Assembly: GCA_050250895.1 (NCBI GenBank)
Contig: JBFWNU010000006.1
Span: 247,513-311,512, forward strand
DNA from: Vulcanimicrobiota bacterium
GTDB lineage: Bacteria > Vulcanimicrobiota > Xenobia > Xenobiales > JADMJV01
Length of the DNA: 64,000 nt
Direction: 5' to 3'
Shown: positions 19,146-27,685 of the stretch, piece after piece
Position numbering within the stretch: position 1 is the stretch's first letter
Layout: every line of letters begins with the position of its first letter
Program-made: the position numbers and the translations under genes
The notes under the pieces: generated by a model
Told to the model about the DNA's origin: nothing
Database searches by the model: none
What the model saw: the letters and a program-made list of their open reading frames with translations, nothing else

Positions 19146-19588
19146 GATTGTCGCCATCGGTCGAGAACCCCCATGGCGTGAGTGAAGAGCGTTTGCCTGA
19201 ACTCCCATCCCGTTTCGAGTTCCTGCTAGAAGGGTTACGAAGCCGGCAGGCTTTCGCCCTGGCCCGGGCTAGGGGAGGACCTTTTCGTTATGCGTCCAGC
19301 CGCAACGTCACGCCCGAGCCGGGCGAGACCGGCCGGACCGGTGGAGCTAGCTGGGATCAGGGAGCTACCCATAGCGGCGACCGGCCTTTGCGCGAAGACA
19401 ACACCCGTCGTTGGAAGGTTCAGGGCCAGGCTGTCGATGGTCGCTTCAAGACCTACCTGCGGTCGGGCCCGGGGGGTGAAACCAAGCCCAAGCTTCCCCT
19501 CGACCGGGGCGCCCGCGATCTGGCCAGCCAGCGCCAGTCGCTTCTGACCCGCCATCAGAGCTTGCGTCGGCACACTCAGTGCAAAGGC

Positions 19589-20212
19589 TTGTCGATAGCC
19601 GTGGAAGGGCATCCTCTGCTCTATCCTCGGGCTTTTATGACCACCTTTCCGGCCGCTTTGAGCGAGCTGAGGACCTCGCCGGAGGTCATCAACATGCTGG
19701 CCATCACCCCCCCCGATCGACCCGACACCCGCCAGGCCGTGCGCGACCTGTTGCGCCACGGAGGCTTCAAGCCCAGCGGACGAAGCAAGCCCGCCTGGGA
19801 GTTTCTCGACAAGGCCTGCGCCGACGGACGCTTAGGTTCGATCAACCTGGCGGTCGATTTCTGTAACGCCTTTTCGCTTCACGCCGGCATCCCCATCAGC
19901 GTGCTCGACTTCGAGCGCATGGTCCCACCTCTGCGTATTGCCGTGGGTCAAGCTGGGGAGTCCTACGTGTTCAATCCATCCGGGCAAGTGCTCGAACTGA
20001 CAGGCCTGCTCACCCTCTATGACGCCAATGGCCCCTGCGGTGGTCCGGTCAAGGACTCGCAACGCACCAAGACCCACGAAGGCACGACCCGCACCCTCAC
20101 GGTAGTCTGGGGATGCGAAGAGTTTCACGCCCTGGTCGACGATCTCTTCCAGAGCTATTGCGCGGCGCTGCTTGATTGCGGAGCCATCGTCGAGGAGGTG
20201 CGATGCGGGTAA
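19589..20212 (+). CDS. Stand-alone B3/B4 (PheT editing-like) domain protein
   Basis: 'AVRDLLRHGGFKPSGRSKPA.EFL', 'INLAVDFCNAFSL..GIPISVLD', 'PVKDSQRTK'; start uncertain (TTG 19589, ATG 19637 or GTG 19178). Confidence 0.75.
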   Translation: MSIAVEGHPLLYPRAFMTTFPAALSELRTSPEVINMLAITPPDRPDTRQAVRDLLRHGGFKPSGRSKPAWEFLDKACADGRLGSINLAVDFCNAFSLHAGIPISVLDFERMVPPLRIAVGQAGESYVFNPSGQVLELTGLLTLYDANGPCGGPVKDSQRTKTHEGTTRTLTVVWGCEEFHALVDDLFQSYCAALLDCGAIVEEVRCG

Positions 20213-21384
20213 GTCGGGTCGTGAGCCAGGCTCGAGACATCGCCCAACAGATCGACCGGATCCCCTACGAAGAGCAACCGGACGCTTTCTTCGAAGCCGT
20301 GCGCGCTAGCGATATCCCTTTTCTGTCTTGTGCTCTAAGCCATCGACCAGGCAAGCTCTTCGAGTTGACCTTCGAATGTCTCTACTGGCTTTCTCGCGCG
20401 TCGCTACCTCTCACGGTAGGATTGACCATGCATTCCTATATGCTCGCAGGCCTGGCCACCGCCCCCGTTGCAGCTCCCACACCCCTGGCTCAAAAGCGCA
20501 CGGAATTACTGGAGCGTATCCATCAGGAGCGCTTGCTGGTAGCGGTGTCGAGCTTCGGAGATCGCATCAAGGCTGCCGGTCAGCCCCGCCACGAGATTCG
20601 CCTCGAGCCCGATGGCGACGGATTCTTGGCCCGCGGGCGCAAGATGTTCCAGTCGATGGCGAGCTACGCCGATTGGATCACTTTCGCGGCCGACCTCGAC
20701 GAGGTGGGTCTGTGCTTTTTCATCACACCTCTCAAAGGCGTTCCCGAACTGGTCCTGGGGGACCGCCTCTTCGGTGGCGCCATGGCTCACACGGACACGC
20801 GGATTCTCGACTACAACGACCTCAAGGTGGGCCCCGAGAAGATCTTGTGCTTGGAGAACGACGCCACTTTCGACCTGCTACACTACGCGACTGCCTGGTT
20901 CGAGGGACTGGTGGGCGGAGCCTATCTAGGAGCCGTCTCCCGGGCCCTGGAAGAAGCGCGCGTCTTTGCCAATCAGGTGCGTACCCCCCAGGGCTTGACC
21001 CTGGCCGAACTCGACGGCGTGGTCGTCGATGTCGGCAAACTGGCCCTGCGCCACCGAGCCGCCCTGGAGCTGGGTCGCCACTTTCAAGCGCAGCTCGAGT
21101 TGGTCAAAGTCCAGAATTTCAGACCTGCCAGCCTGTCGTTGCTCGAATCCTCGTCGGGTATCAAGCACCATTGTGCTGAGGCCGTCAACGAGGTCATGGG
21201 TGGGGTACGAGCCCTGATCGGGACCCGCACCATGAGCCCGGGCAGCCTGCTGCATCGCCTCAATGAGCAGGTAGTGTTTTGCCAACTGCACCCCATGATG
21301 GCGGCCACCATCGAGCGCGATTTCGGGGCGCAGCTGCTCAATGACAACGAGTTTCTCGGACTCGACGAACCCAACCAGGGATAG
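20203..21384 (+). CDS. Acyl-CoA dehydrogenase family flavoprotein
   Basis: GGAGG RBS; 'GLTMH', 'RGRKMFQS', 'GAYLGAVSRALE' ACAD-fold motifs. Confidence 0.7.
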   Translation: MRVSRVVSQARDIAQQIDRIPYEEQPDAFFEAVRASDIPFLSCALSHRPGKLFELTFECLYWLSRASLPLTVGLTMHSYMLAGLATAPVAAPTPLAQKRTELLERIHQERLLVAVSSFGDRIKAAGQPRHEIRLEPDGDGFLARGRKMFQSMASYADWITFAADLDEVGLCFFITPLKGVPELVLGDRLFGGAMAHTDTRILDYNDLKVGPEKILCLENDATFDLLHYATAWFEGLVGGAYLGAVSRALEEARVFANQVRTPQGLTLAELDGVVVDVGKLALRHRAALELGRHFQAQLELVKVQNFRPASLSLLESSSGIKHHCAEAVNEVMGGVRALIGTRTMSPGSLLHRLNEQVVFCQLHPMMAATIERDFGAQLLNDNEFLGLDEPNQG

Positions 21385-21425
21385 ATGCCGGCCACTCAGA
21401 AGGTGCCCGCCTTGGAGGCTACGCG

Positions 21426-22349
21426 ATGACGAACCGTTTCGGACTAATGGCCACGGCCATGGTGACCCCTTTTACCGATAACCTCGAGGTAGACTACGAT
21501 AAAGCCGCCAAACTGGCGGTGAAGCTGGTCGAGGAGGGTAACGATTCGCTGGTGGTGTGCGGCACGACCGGAGAATCCCCCGTGCTCAGCTCAGACGAAA
21601 AGGTCAAGCTCTTCAAAACCGTCAAAACGGCCGTGGGACCGAAGGTTCCGGTCATCGCCGGCACCGGCTCTTACGATACGAAAGCTACCATCAAGTTGTC
21701 CCTGCAGGCGGCCGAAGCCGGGGCCGACGCCCTGCTGCTGGTGGCTCCTTACTATAACAAGCCTTCGCAAGAGGGTCTGTACCAGCACTTCCAGGCGATC
21801 TTCGAGGCAGTAGAACTGCCGGCCATGCTCTACAACATCCCCGGCCGAACCGGGGTCGAGATCCTCCCCGAGACGTTGGCCCGATTGGCCGAGCACCCAC
21901 GCGCCGTGGCCGTGAAGCAGTCGCTGCTTTCGGTCGATCCCATCAGCGACCTTTCCGCTCGCCTCTCGCGGGTCAAGGTCGGGGCCGGAGCGTCCGGAGC
22001 CGGCGAGGCCTCGATGGCCATCTATAGCGGTGATGACTCCAACATCTTGCCTCACCTGTCGGTCGGCGGAAAGGGCGTGGTCAGTGTGGCCGGCCACGTG
22101 GCCGCTCGACCTATCAAGCAGATGCTCGAAGCCTTCGTGGCCGGGCGGGTGCAAGATGCCATCGACCTGCACCTGCGCCTGTTCCCCCTCTTCAAGGTGT
22201 TGTTCGTGACCAGCAACCCGGCTCCGGTGAAGGCGGCCCTGGCCCTTCAGGGCTTTCCGGTGGGTGGCGTCCGACTGCCGCTGGTGGCGGCCAACGCCGA
22301 CGAGGTGGCCCAGGTGAAAGCCGTGATGAGCGAGGCCGGCTTGCTCTAA
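21426..22349 (+). CDS. dapA: 4-hydroxy-tetrahydrodipicolinate synthase
   Basis: AMVTPF, GTTGES, PYYNKP, YNIPGRT, Schiff-base Lys in AVKQS, YSGDD. Confidence 0.95.
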   Translation: MTNRFGLMATAMVTPFTDNLEVDYDKAAKLAVKLVEEGNDSLVVCGTTGESPVLSSDEKVKLFKTVKTAVGPKVPVIAGTGSYDTKATIKLSLQAAEAGADALLLVAPYYNKPSQEGLYQHFQAIFEAVELPAMLYNIPGRTGVEILPETLARLAEHPRAVAVKQSLLSVDPISDLSARLSRVKVGAGASGAGEASMAIYSGDDSNILPHLSVGGKGVVSVAGHVAARPIKQMLEAFVAGRVQDAIDLHLRLFPLFKVLFVTSNPAPVKAALALQGFPVGGVRLPLVAANADEVAQVKAVMSEAGLL

Positions 22350-23642
22350 GTGGAGATCGTCGTTTCGCCCGGCGGCGTCTGGGACACTACCATTGCCGTG
22401 CCTGGCGACAAGTCGCTCAGTCACCGCGCCCTCATGTTCGCGGCCATGGCCGAAGGCCAATCGGCGGTGCGCGGCCTTTCGCCCGGGGCCGACGTGCGCT
22501 CGACAGCCCGCTGCTTGCGTCAACTGGGTGCCTCGTTCTCTAAACTCGACGCCGACCTGGTCAAATGTCGAGGTTGGGGCAAAGCTGGCCTTCGCGAGCC
22601 TCAGACGGTGCTCAACTGCGGCAACTCGGGCACCAGCATGCGTCTTTTAGCCGGGATGTGCAGCTCGCGCTCGGGCCTGAAGATCCTGACCGGCGACAAG
22701 TCGCTGAGCGCCCGGCCGATGGGTCGCATCATCGAGCCCTTGACCCACATGGGCGCCCAGGTGCGAGCTCGTCAGGGCGATCGACTGCCCCCCCTGGTGG
22801 TGCTGGGTGCTCGACTCAAGGCCATCGACTATGCCCTGCCGGTGGCCAGCGCTCAGGTGAAGTCGTGTGTGATGCTGGCCGCTCTGGCCGCCGAGGGGAC
22901 TACACGCTTGCGCGAGCTGGCTCCTACTCGCGATCACACCGAACGCATGCTGGCCAGCCTGGGGGTGCCGGTGCGCCAGAATGGCGACTGGCTCGAGGTT
23001 GACCCGGTCGAGTGTCTGCCCAACTTCGAGTTCACCGTGCCCGGGGACGTTTCGTCGGCCGCTTTTCTGCTGGCCGCCACCCTGGTCACTCCGGGCGCCC
23101 ACACGGTGGTCCAGGGGGTTGGTCTCAATCCCGGTCGCACCGGCTTTCTCGACATTCTCAAACGCATGGGAGCCCGGCTCGAGGTACGCCAGACCGGCCA
23201 GGAAATGGGCGAGCCGGTGGGCGAGGTCGAGGCCTTCGGCTCCGAGCTCAAAGCCGTCGAGGTGGGACCCGACGAGGTGCCGGGAGCCATCGACGAGTTG
23301 CCCTTGCTGGCCGTGGTGGCCTGTCAGGCTCAGGGCATCACTCGCTTGCACGGGGCCGAGGAACTGCGCCACAAAGAGAGCGATCGCATCGCCGCCACCG
23401 TGGGCGAACTGGCGCGCATGGGGGCTCGTATCAGCGAGCAACCCGACGGCTTCACCATCGAGGGGCCGTGCCAGCTGACCGGGGCCGTGGTGGGCTGCCA
23501 CCACGATCATCGCCTCGAGATGGGACTGGCCGTGGCCGCGCTCTCGGCCCGCGGAGAGACCCGGCTCAAAGGAGCCGGCTGGGCGGCTGTCTCGTTTCCT
23601 AACTTCTGGGAATTGTTTCCCGGAAAATCCAGCCAGCGATGA
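22350..23642 (+). CDS. aroA: 3-phosphoshikimate 1-carboxyvinyltransferase (class II EPSPS)
   Basis: PGDKSLSHRA, CGNSGT, SAQVKS, RDHTERM, ELRHKESDRI, DHR. Confidence 0.95.
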   Translation: MEIVVSPGGVWDTTIAVPGDKSLSHRALMFAAMAEGQSAVRGLSPGADVRSTARCLRQLGASFSKLDADLVKCRGWGKAGLREPQTVLNCGNSGTSMRLLAGMCSSRSGLKILTGDKSLSARPMGRIIEPLTHMGAQVRARQGDRLPPLVVLGARLKAIDYALPVASAQVKSCVMLAALAAEGTTRLRELAPTRDHTERMLASLGVPVRQNGDWLEVDPVECLPNFEFTVPGDVSSAAFLLAATLVTPGAHTVVQGVGLNPGRTGFLDILKRMGARLEVRQTGQEMGEPVGEVEAFGSELKAVEVGPDEVPGAIDELPLLAVVACQAQGITRLHGAEELRHKESDRIAATVGELARMGARISEQPDGFTIEGPCQLTGAVVGCHHDHRLEMGLAVAALSARGETRLKGAGWAAVSFPNFWELFPGKSSQR

Positions 23643-24463
23643 CCCCCGCCACCCGCAGCCTCTGGCTGTTGGGTCACCCGGTGGCCCATTCCCTCTCGCC
23701 AGCCATGCATCGAGCCGCCTACGCGGCCATGGGCCTGGACCTGGTCTATCTGGCCGCCGACCTCGAGCAAAATCAGCTTGGGGCTGCCCTGGCCGGCCTG
23801 GGGGCCCTGGGTGCCCTGGGAGCCAACCTGACCGTGCCTCACAAGGAGGCGGTGCTGGAGCTGGTCGACGAGCTTTCTCCCGAGGCGCGGGCCATCGGCG
23901 CGGTCAACACGCTGGTTTTCACTGGCCAGGGTGTGAAGGGTCACAATACCGATGCGAGTGGGTGGCTGGCCAGCTGGGATGAGGAGATCGGTCTTCCTCT
24001 CCAGGAGCGAGCGGCGATCGTGCTGGGCGCGGGAGGAGCGGCCAGGGCCATCTGTTGGGCTCTAGCCTCGCGCGGTGTCAAAGAACTGACCGTGCTCAAT
24101 CGCACTCCCGCTCGGGCTCAGACGATGCTCGATTCTCTGGGTCTGGCGGCTCGGGTCGGAACGCTCCAGCAGTTTGACCAGTTGGTGACCGACGGCGTGC
24201 TGGTGGTCAACACCACCAGCCTGGGTCTGGCCTCTCAACCCGGTAGCCCCGTCGGCTGGCCCTCGGGCCTGGACGAGGTCGTGGCCTGCGACCTGATCTA
24301 CAATCCCGACCCCACTGCCTTTCTAGCTCAGGCCCCTGGCCGGCGCCTGGGAGGCCTCGGCATGCTGGTGCACCAGGCCGCCCTGGCGATCGAACTGTGG
24401 ACGGGCCAGCGGCCCCCGGTGGGCCTGATGCGTGCCGCGGCCCTGTCGGCCCTGGGCGGCTAA
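23639..24463 (+). CDS. aroE: Shikimate dehydrogenase
   Basis: HSLSP.MH, NLTVPHK, GAVNT, NTD, GAGGAARA, GMLVHQA. Confidence 0.95.
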   Translation: MTPATRSLWLLGHPVAHSLSPAMHRAAYAAMGLDLVYLAADLEQNQLGAALAGLGALGALGANLTVPHKEAVLELVDELSPEARAIGAVNTLVFTGQGVKGHNTDASGWLASWDEEIGLPLQERAAIVLGAGGAARAICWALASRGVKELTVLNRTPARAQTMLDSLGLAARVGTLQQFDQLVTDGVLVVNTTSLGLASQPGSPVGWPSGLDEVVACDLIYNPDPTAFLAQAPGRRLGGLGMLVHQAALAIELWTGQRPPVGLMRAAALSALGG

Positions 24464-24491
24464 GGTCCGCGGCAGCGGCGGTTCTAGGGGT

Positions 24492-25058
24492 TCAGAGCAA
24501 CTCGATGGGATCTTCGATCTCCATTTCGAGCAGGCTGGTGCGGCCTTTGAGGCGCTCGTGAATCTTGCGGGCGGCCACCATCGGGGTCAGGTTGGTGGTG
24601 TCCATGCGCACCTTGACCTTGCCATAAATGTTCTTGCGCTCTTCCATCAGGCGGTCGACCTTGTCGGCCACGCCAGAGGGGCTCTGGGCTTTGAGCAGGG
24701 GGCGCTTGTCGGTGCGCTGCAGGCGGCTGACCAGGTCGTCGCGGTCGGTGTAGAGGCAGATTAGCAGGCCGCTCTGGTTGAACAGGTCGAAGACCTCGGG
24801 ATTGACGATGGTGCCGCCCCCGGTGGCAACCACCTTGTTGCGGGTGGCCGCCAACTCTTCGGCCAGCTCTTTTTCGAGGTTGCGAAAGAACTCTTCACCG
24901 TGGGTGGCAAAAATCTCGTTAACGGTCATTCCCATGCGCCGTTCGAGTTCGAGGTCGACATCGATGAACTTGCGCCCCATCGCCCGGCTGAGTTCGCGGC
25001 CAATGGTCGTTTTGCCGGTGCCCATGAACCCCACCAGATATACGTTGCGGTGCTTCAC
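24492..25058 (-). CDS. aroK: Shikimate kinase
   Basis: AGGAGG RBS + GTG; GFMGTGKTTIG, GEEFFR, ATGGG, RPLL. Confidence 0.93.
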   Translation of the reverse strand: MKHRNVYLVGFMGTGKTTIGRELSRAMGRKFIDVDLELERRMGMTVNEIFATHGEEFFRNLEKELAEELAATRNKVVATGGGTIVNPEVFDLFNQSGLLICLYTDRDDLVSRLQRTDKRPLLKAQSPSGVADKVDRLMEERKNIYGKVKVRMDTTNLTPMVAARKIHERLKGRTSLLEMEIEDPIELL

Positions 25059-25145
25059 CGATCGCCTCCTGTCTTCGATTTTCGGGTCGGGAGCAGGGTT
25101 TCCTCTGCAAAGGGGCCCGCTGGGGCCGAGACGAACCTCGGGGCG

Positions 25146-26726
25146 ATGAGTAGCAACCTCTATCAGCACGTTTCCCAGGCTCCCACCAGACCGACCCCCG
25201 GCCAGGTGCGCAAGACCTTCGACGTGGCCGACCTCTACGTCGGCCCGGCGGTGAGCCAGCCAGTGGGCGTCGACGCCGATCTGCCGCTCGACGAGAAGCT
25301 GCGGCAGGCCTATTTCTGGATCGTCAATCACGCGATCATCAGCCCCCACTACGACATCGAATATCAAGATGGTCCCTCGGCCACCTTCGAATTTGGCGAC
25401 CTCAAGAGCCGCCTGGTCTTGCCTTCGGCCCAGAGCTACTCGAGCTTCGTGTTGATTCCGCTGCTGAACTTCGCGGTGCGCCAAAGGTGTCTGCTGGTGG
25501 GCGGTCCCGGGCGAGGCAAGACGGCCACCGCTATCTTGATGGGGATCCTGGCGGGCTATTCGCTGCAGGAGGTTCGTCGAGCCGTTCAACATGGCCAACC
25601 GCAGATGACCATTTCAGACCTTTTGGGCAACCCGCTGCCGGCCGACCTGATCGGGGCTCAGAAGATGGAGGACATCCGCATCTCATGGAGGCGCTGGCTG
25701 TCGATGCGGGTCAAGATCATCGACGAGTACAACCGCATTCCTACCAGGACCCAGTCGGCCCTGCTGACGGTGCTGGCGGATAACTACGCCGAGATTCTCG
25801 ATCACCTTTACGAGTGTCCCAAGGCGGCCTGGTTCTTGACCGCTAACGACGACCAGGGAGGCGGCACCTATCAGGTCATCGAGGCTTTGCGTGACCGCAT
25901 CGATGTGGTGGTCCGGGCTTTGCACTTCAACAGTCGCTTCTTCCACGAGTTGCTCACGCGGATCGAAGAAGGTATCGCCCCCGAAGAGGTGGTGCCATCG
26001 CAACTGATCTTTTGCGCCGACCAGATGGAGCAGGTTCATCAAGAGATCCTGGCTGTGGCCTTGCCGCGAGCCTTGCGCCGGCGACTCGAGTTCTTTTCGA
26101 GCCAGTTCGAGTTCTTCGAGCCCGGTGGTCTGCAGTTGGAATACAAGACCAAAGACAATCTGAAGCTGTCGGGTGTGGCTCGCCATCTGCTAGGCGATGA
26201 AAGCGGCAAGGACAAACTCAAAGACCTGGGCGTGCAGACCTCAAACGGTCTGTCGGTGCGGGCCATGTTGGGGCTGTTGACCTTTGTGAAGGCCATGGCC
26301 TACTTTCGCGGCAACCGCGAGGTCGAACTCGAGGATATACGCCAGATCTTGCCATTCTGCTTGCATGACAAGCTGGTGCCGGAGCCCGACGCCCCTTTCT
26401 TCGAGGTGCCTGGCAACCAGGTCTTGCGGGTGGATCGGGTGAGCTGGATTCGACGTTTGTGGGATCTGTCTTGCGCTGACTACGACCGTCTCAATCTCGA
26501 CTCCGACGACCCGGTCGCCGAACTCGAAAGCGAGTTCCAGGCGGGTCTTGAGGGGTTGGGCGAACCCGAGGTGAAAAAGCGTCTGGTCAAGATCGAGCGC
26601 CTGCTCAAGGAGTGGAGTCGTGGTCGCAAACTCTACGGCCCGATGTATGACGACATCCTGATGCTCAAGTATCTCCATCAGCGCTACACCAACTATTTGC
26701 ACTGGCTGCGCTGGAGTCAAGCGTGA
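25146..26726 (+). CDS. MoxR-family AAA+ ATPase
   Basis: Walker A GGPGRGKT, Walker B IIDEYNR, 'RTQSALL', TAN sensor, 'EALRDRI' arginine finger. Confidence 0.85.
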   Translation: MSSNLYQHVSQAPTRPTPGQVRKTFDVADLYVGPAVSQPVGVDADLPLDEKLRQAYFWIVNHAIISPHYDIEYQDGPSATFEFGDLKSRLVLPSAQSYSSFVLIPLLNFAVRQRCLLVGGPGRGKTATAILMGILAGYSLQEVRRAVQHGQPQMTISDLLGNPLPADLIGAQKMEDIRISWRRWLSMRVKIIDEYNRIPTRTQSALLTVLADNYAEILDHLYECPKAAWFLTANDDQGGGTYQVIEALRDRIDVVVRALHFNSRFFHELLTRIEEGIAPEEVVPSQLIFCADQMEQVHQEILAVALPRALRRRLEFFSSQFEFFEPGGLQLEYKTKDNLKLSGVARHLLGDESGKDKLKDLGVQTSNGLSVRAMLGLLTFVKAMAYFRGNREVELEDIRQILPFCLHDKLVPEPDAPFFEVPGNQVLRVDRVSWIRRLWDLSCADYDRLNLDSDDPVAELESEFQAGLEGLGEPEVKKRLVKIERLLKEWSRGRKLYGPMYDDILMLKYLHQRYTNYLHWLRWSQA

Positions 26727-27685
26727 GCCGCTTGCGCGAGGCCTTGCTGGCTCGCCGCGAGCGCTACAACACGGCCTTTGCGGTGGCCCGTCGGGCCAGA
26801 CCCTCGCTTTGCCCAGAGGTCTTCTCGGAGCACCTTCTGGAAGTGCTCGACCCCATCGTCGAGGCCCTCGAGCCCTCGAGTGGGAACGATTCGATCGAGC
26901 AACTTTACGACCTGTCGCTCGACCTGGTGGGCAGCGAGTTGTTGGGAGCAAACAGCCGTCATCCCGCGGTGGTGGCCGGGTGGGAGAAGTTATTACCGCG
27001 ACTGGGAAGGCTACTCTCGCTGCAGCCCCGGCGTCTGGCCGCCGAGTTGTCTAACGCTCTTTATCATCTCTCGGCCACTCCCGGGGCCCGTCCGCTTTTC
27101 TGGCTGGGTCGGATGCAGGACTACGCCGCCCGCTTTCGCGACCCCGACGAGTTGCGAGCGGTCGGTCAGGTGCTGGCCTGGATGGCAGGTCTGGCCCACT
27201 ATCGCGAGGGAGCCCTGCAGGTGCTGGCGAGTCTCGACGAGAGTTGGGCTCGCGAGTTGCTCGGTTGCGACTTGACCCAATTAAAGCAGTTGGCCGGCCG
27301 GCCCTGGACCGACCCCGAGACGGGGCCGCGCGACCGCCTCGAGATCGTGGCGCTCGTGGGGGCTTTTCGCGGCTTTGGGGGCCTATTCGTGCGTCCGCCC
27401 AGGGTGACTTCGGCCGGCCAGGACCGATTCATCCTCGACGACGGAGAGGCCCGCTTTTTGCTTTGTGCCGATCATTTCGGGGCTACCTTTCACCGCCTCG
27501 GCGAGTCGCTCAAGCACGAGGGGCCCGTGGCCAAGTTCAGTCTTTGGGAAGGGGTGCTGACCGTCGAGGGTCAGCACCTGGTCGACCCGGCCTTTCAACA
27601 GGTGATGTCGACGGCGGCCGGTCCCACCACCGTGGCGATCACCCGGGCCAACAGTCATTCCGTCTTGTTGGCGGCCGTGCGGTGA
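26723..27685 (+). CDS. Hypothetical protein (MoxR-vWA operon)
   Basis: 4-bp overlaps with both neighbours; motifs 'W.AG.AHYR..AL' and 'GAFRGFGG.F..PP'. Confidence 0.75.
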   Translation: MSRLREALLARRERYNTAFAVARRARPSLCPEVFSEHLLEVLDPIVEALEPSSGNDSIEQLYDLSLDLVGSELLGANSRHPAVVAGWEKLLPRLGRLLSLQPRRLAAELSNALYHLSATPGARPLFWLGRMQDYAARFRDPDELRAVGQVLAWMAGLAHYREGALQVLASLDESWARELLGCDLTQLKQLAGRPWTDPETGPRDRLEIVALVGAFRGFGGLFVRPPRVTSAGQDRFILDDGEARFLLCADHFGATFHRLGESLKHEGPVAKFSLWEGVLTVEGQHLVDPAFQQVMSTAAGPTTVAITRANSHSVLLAAVR

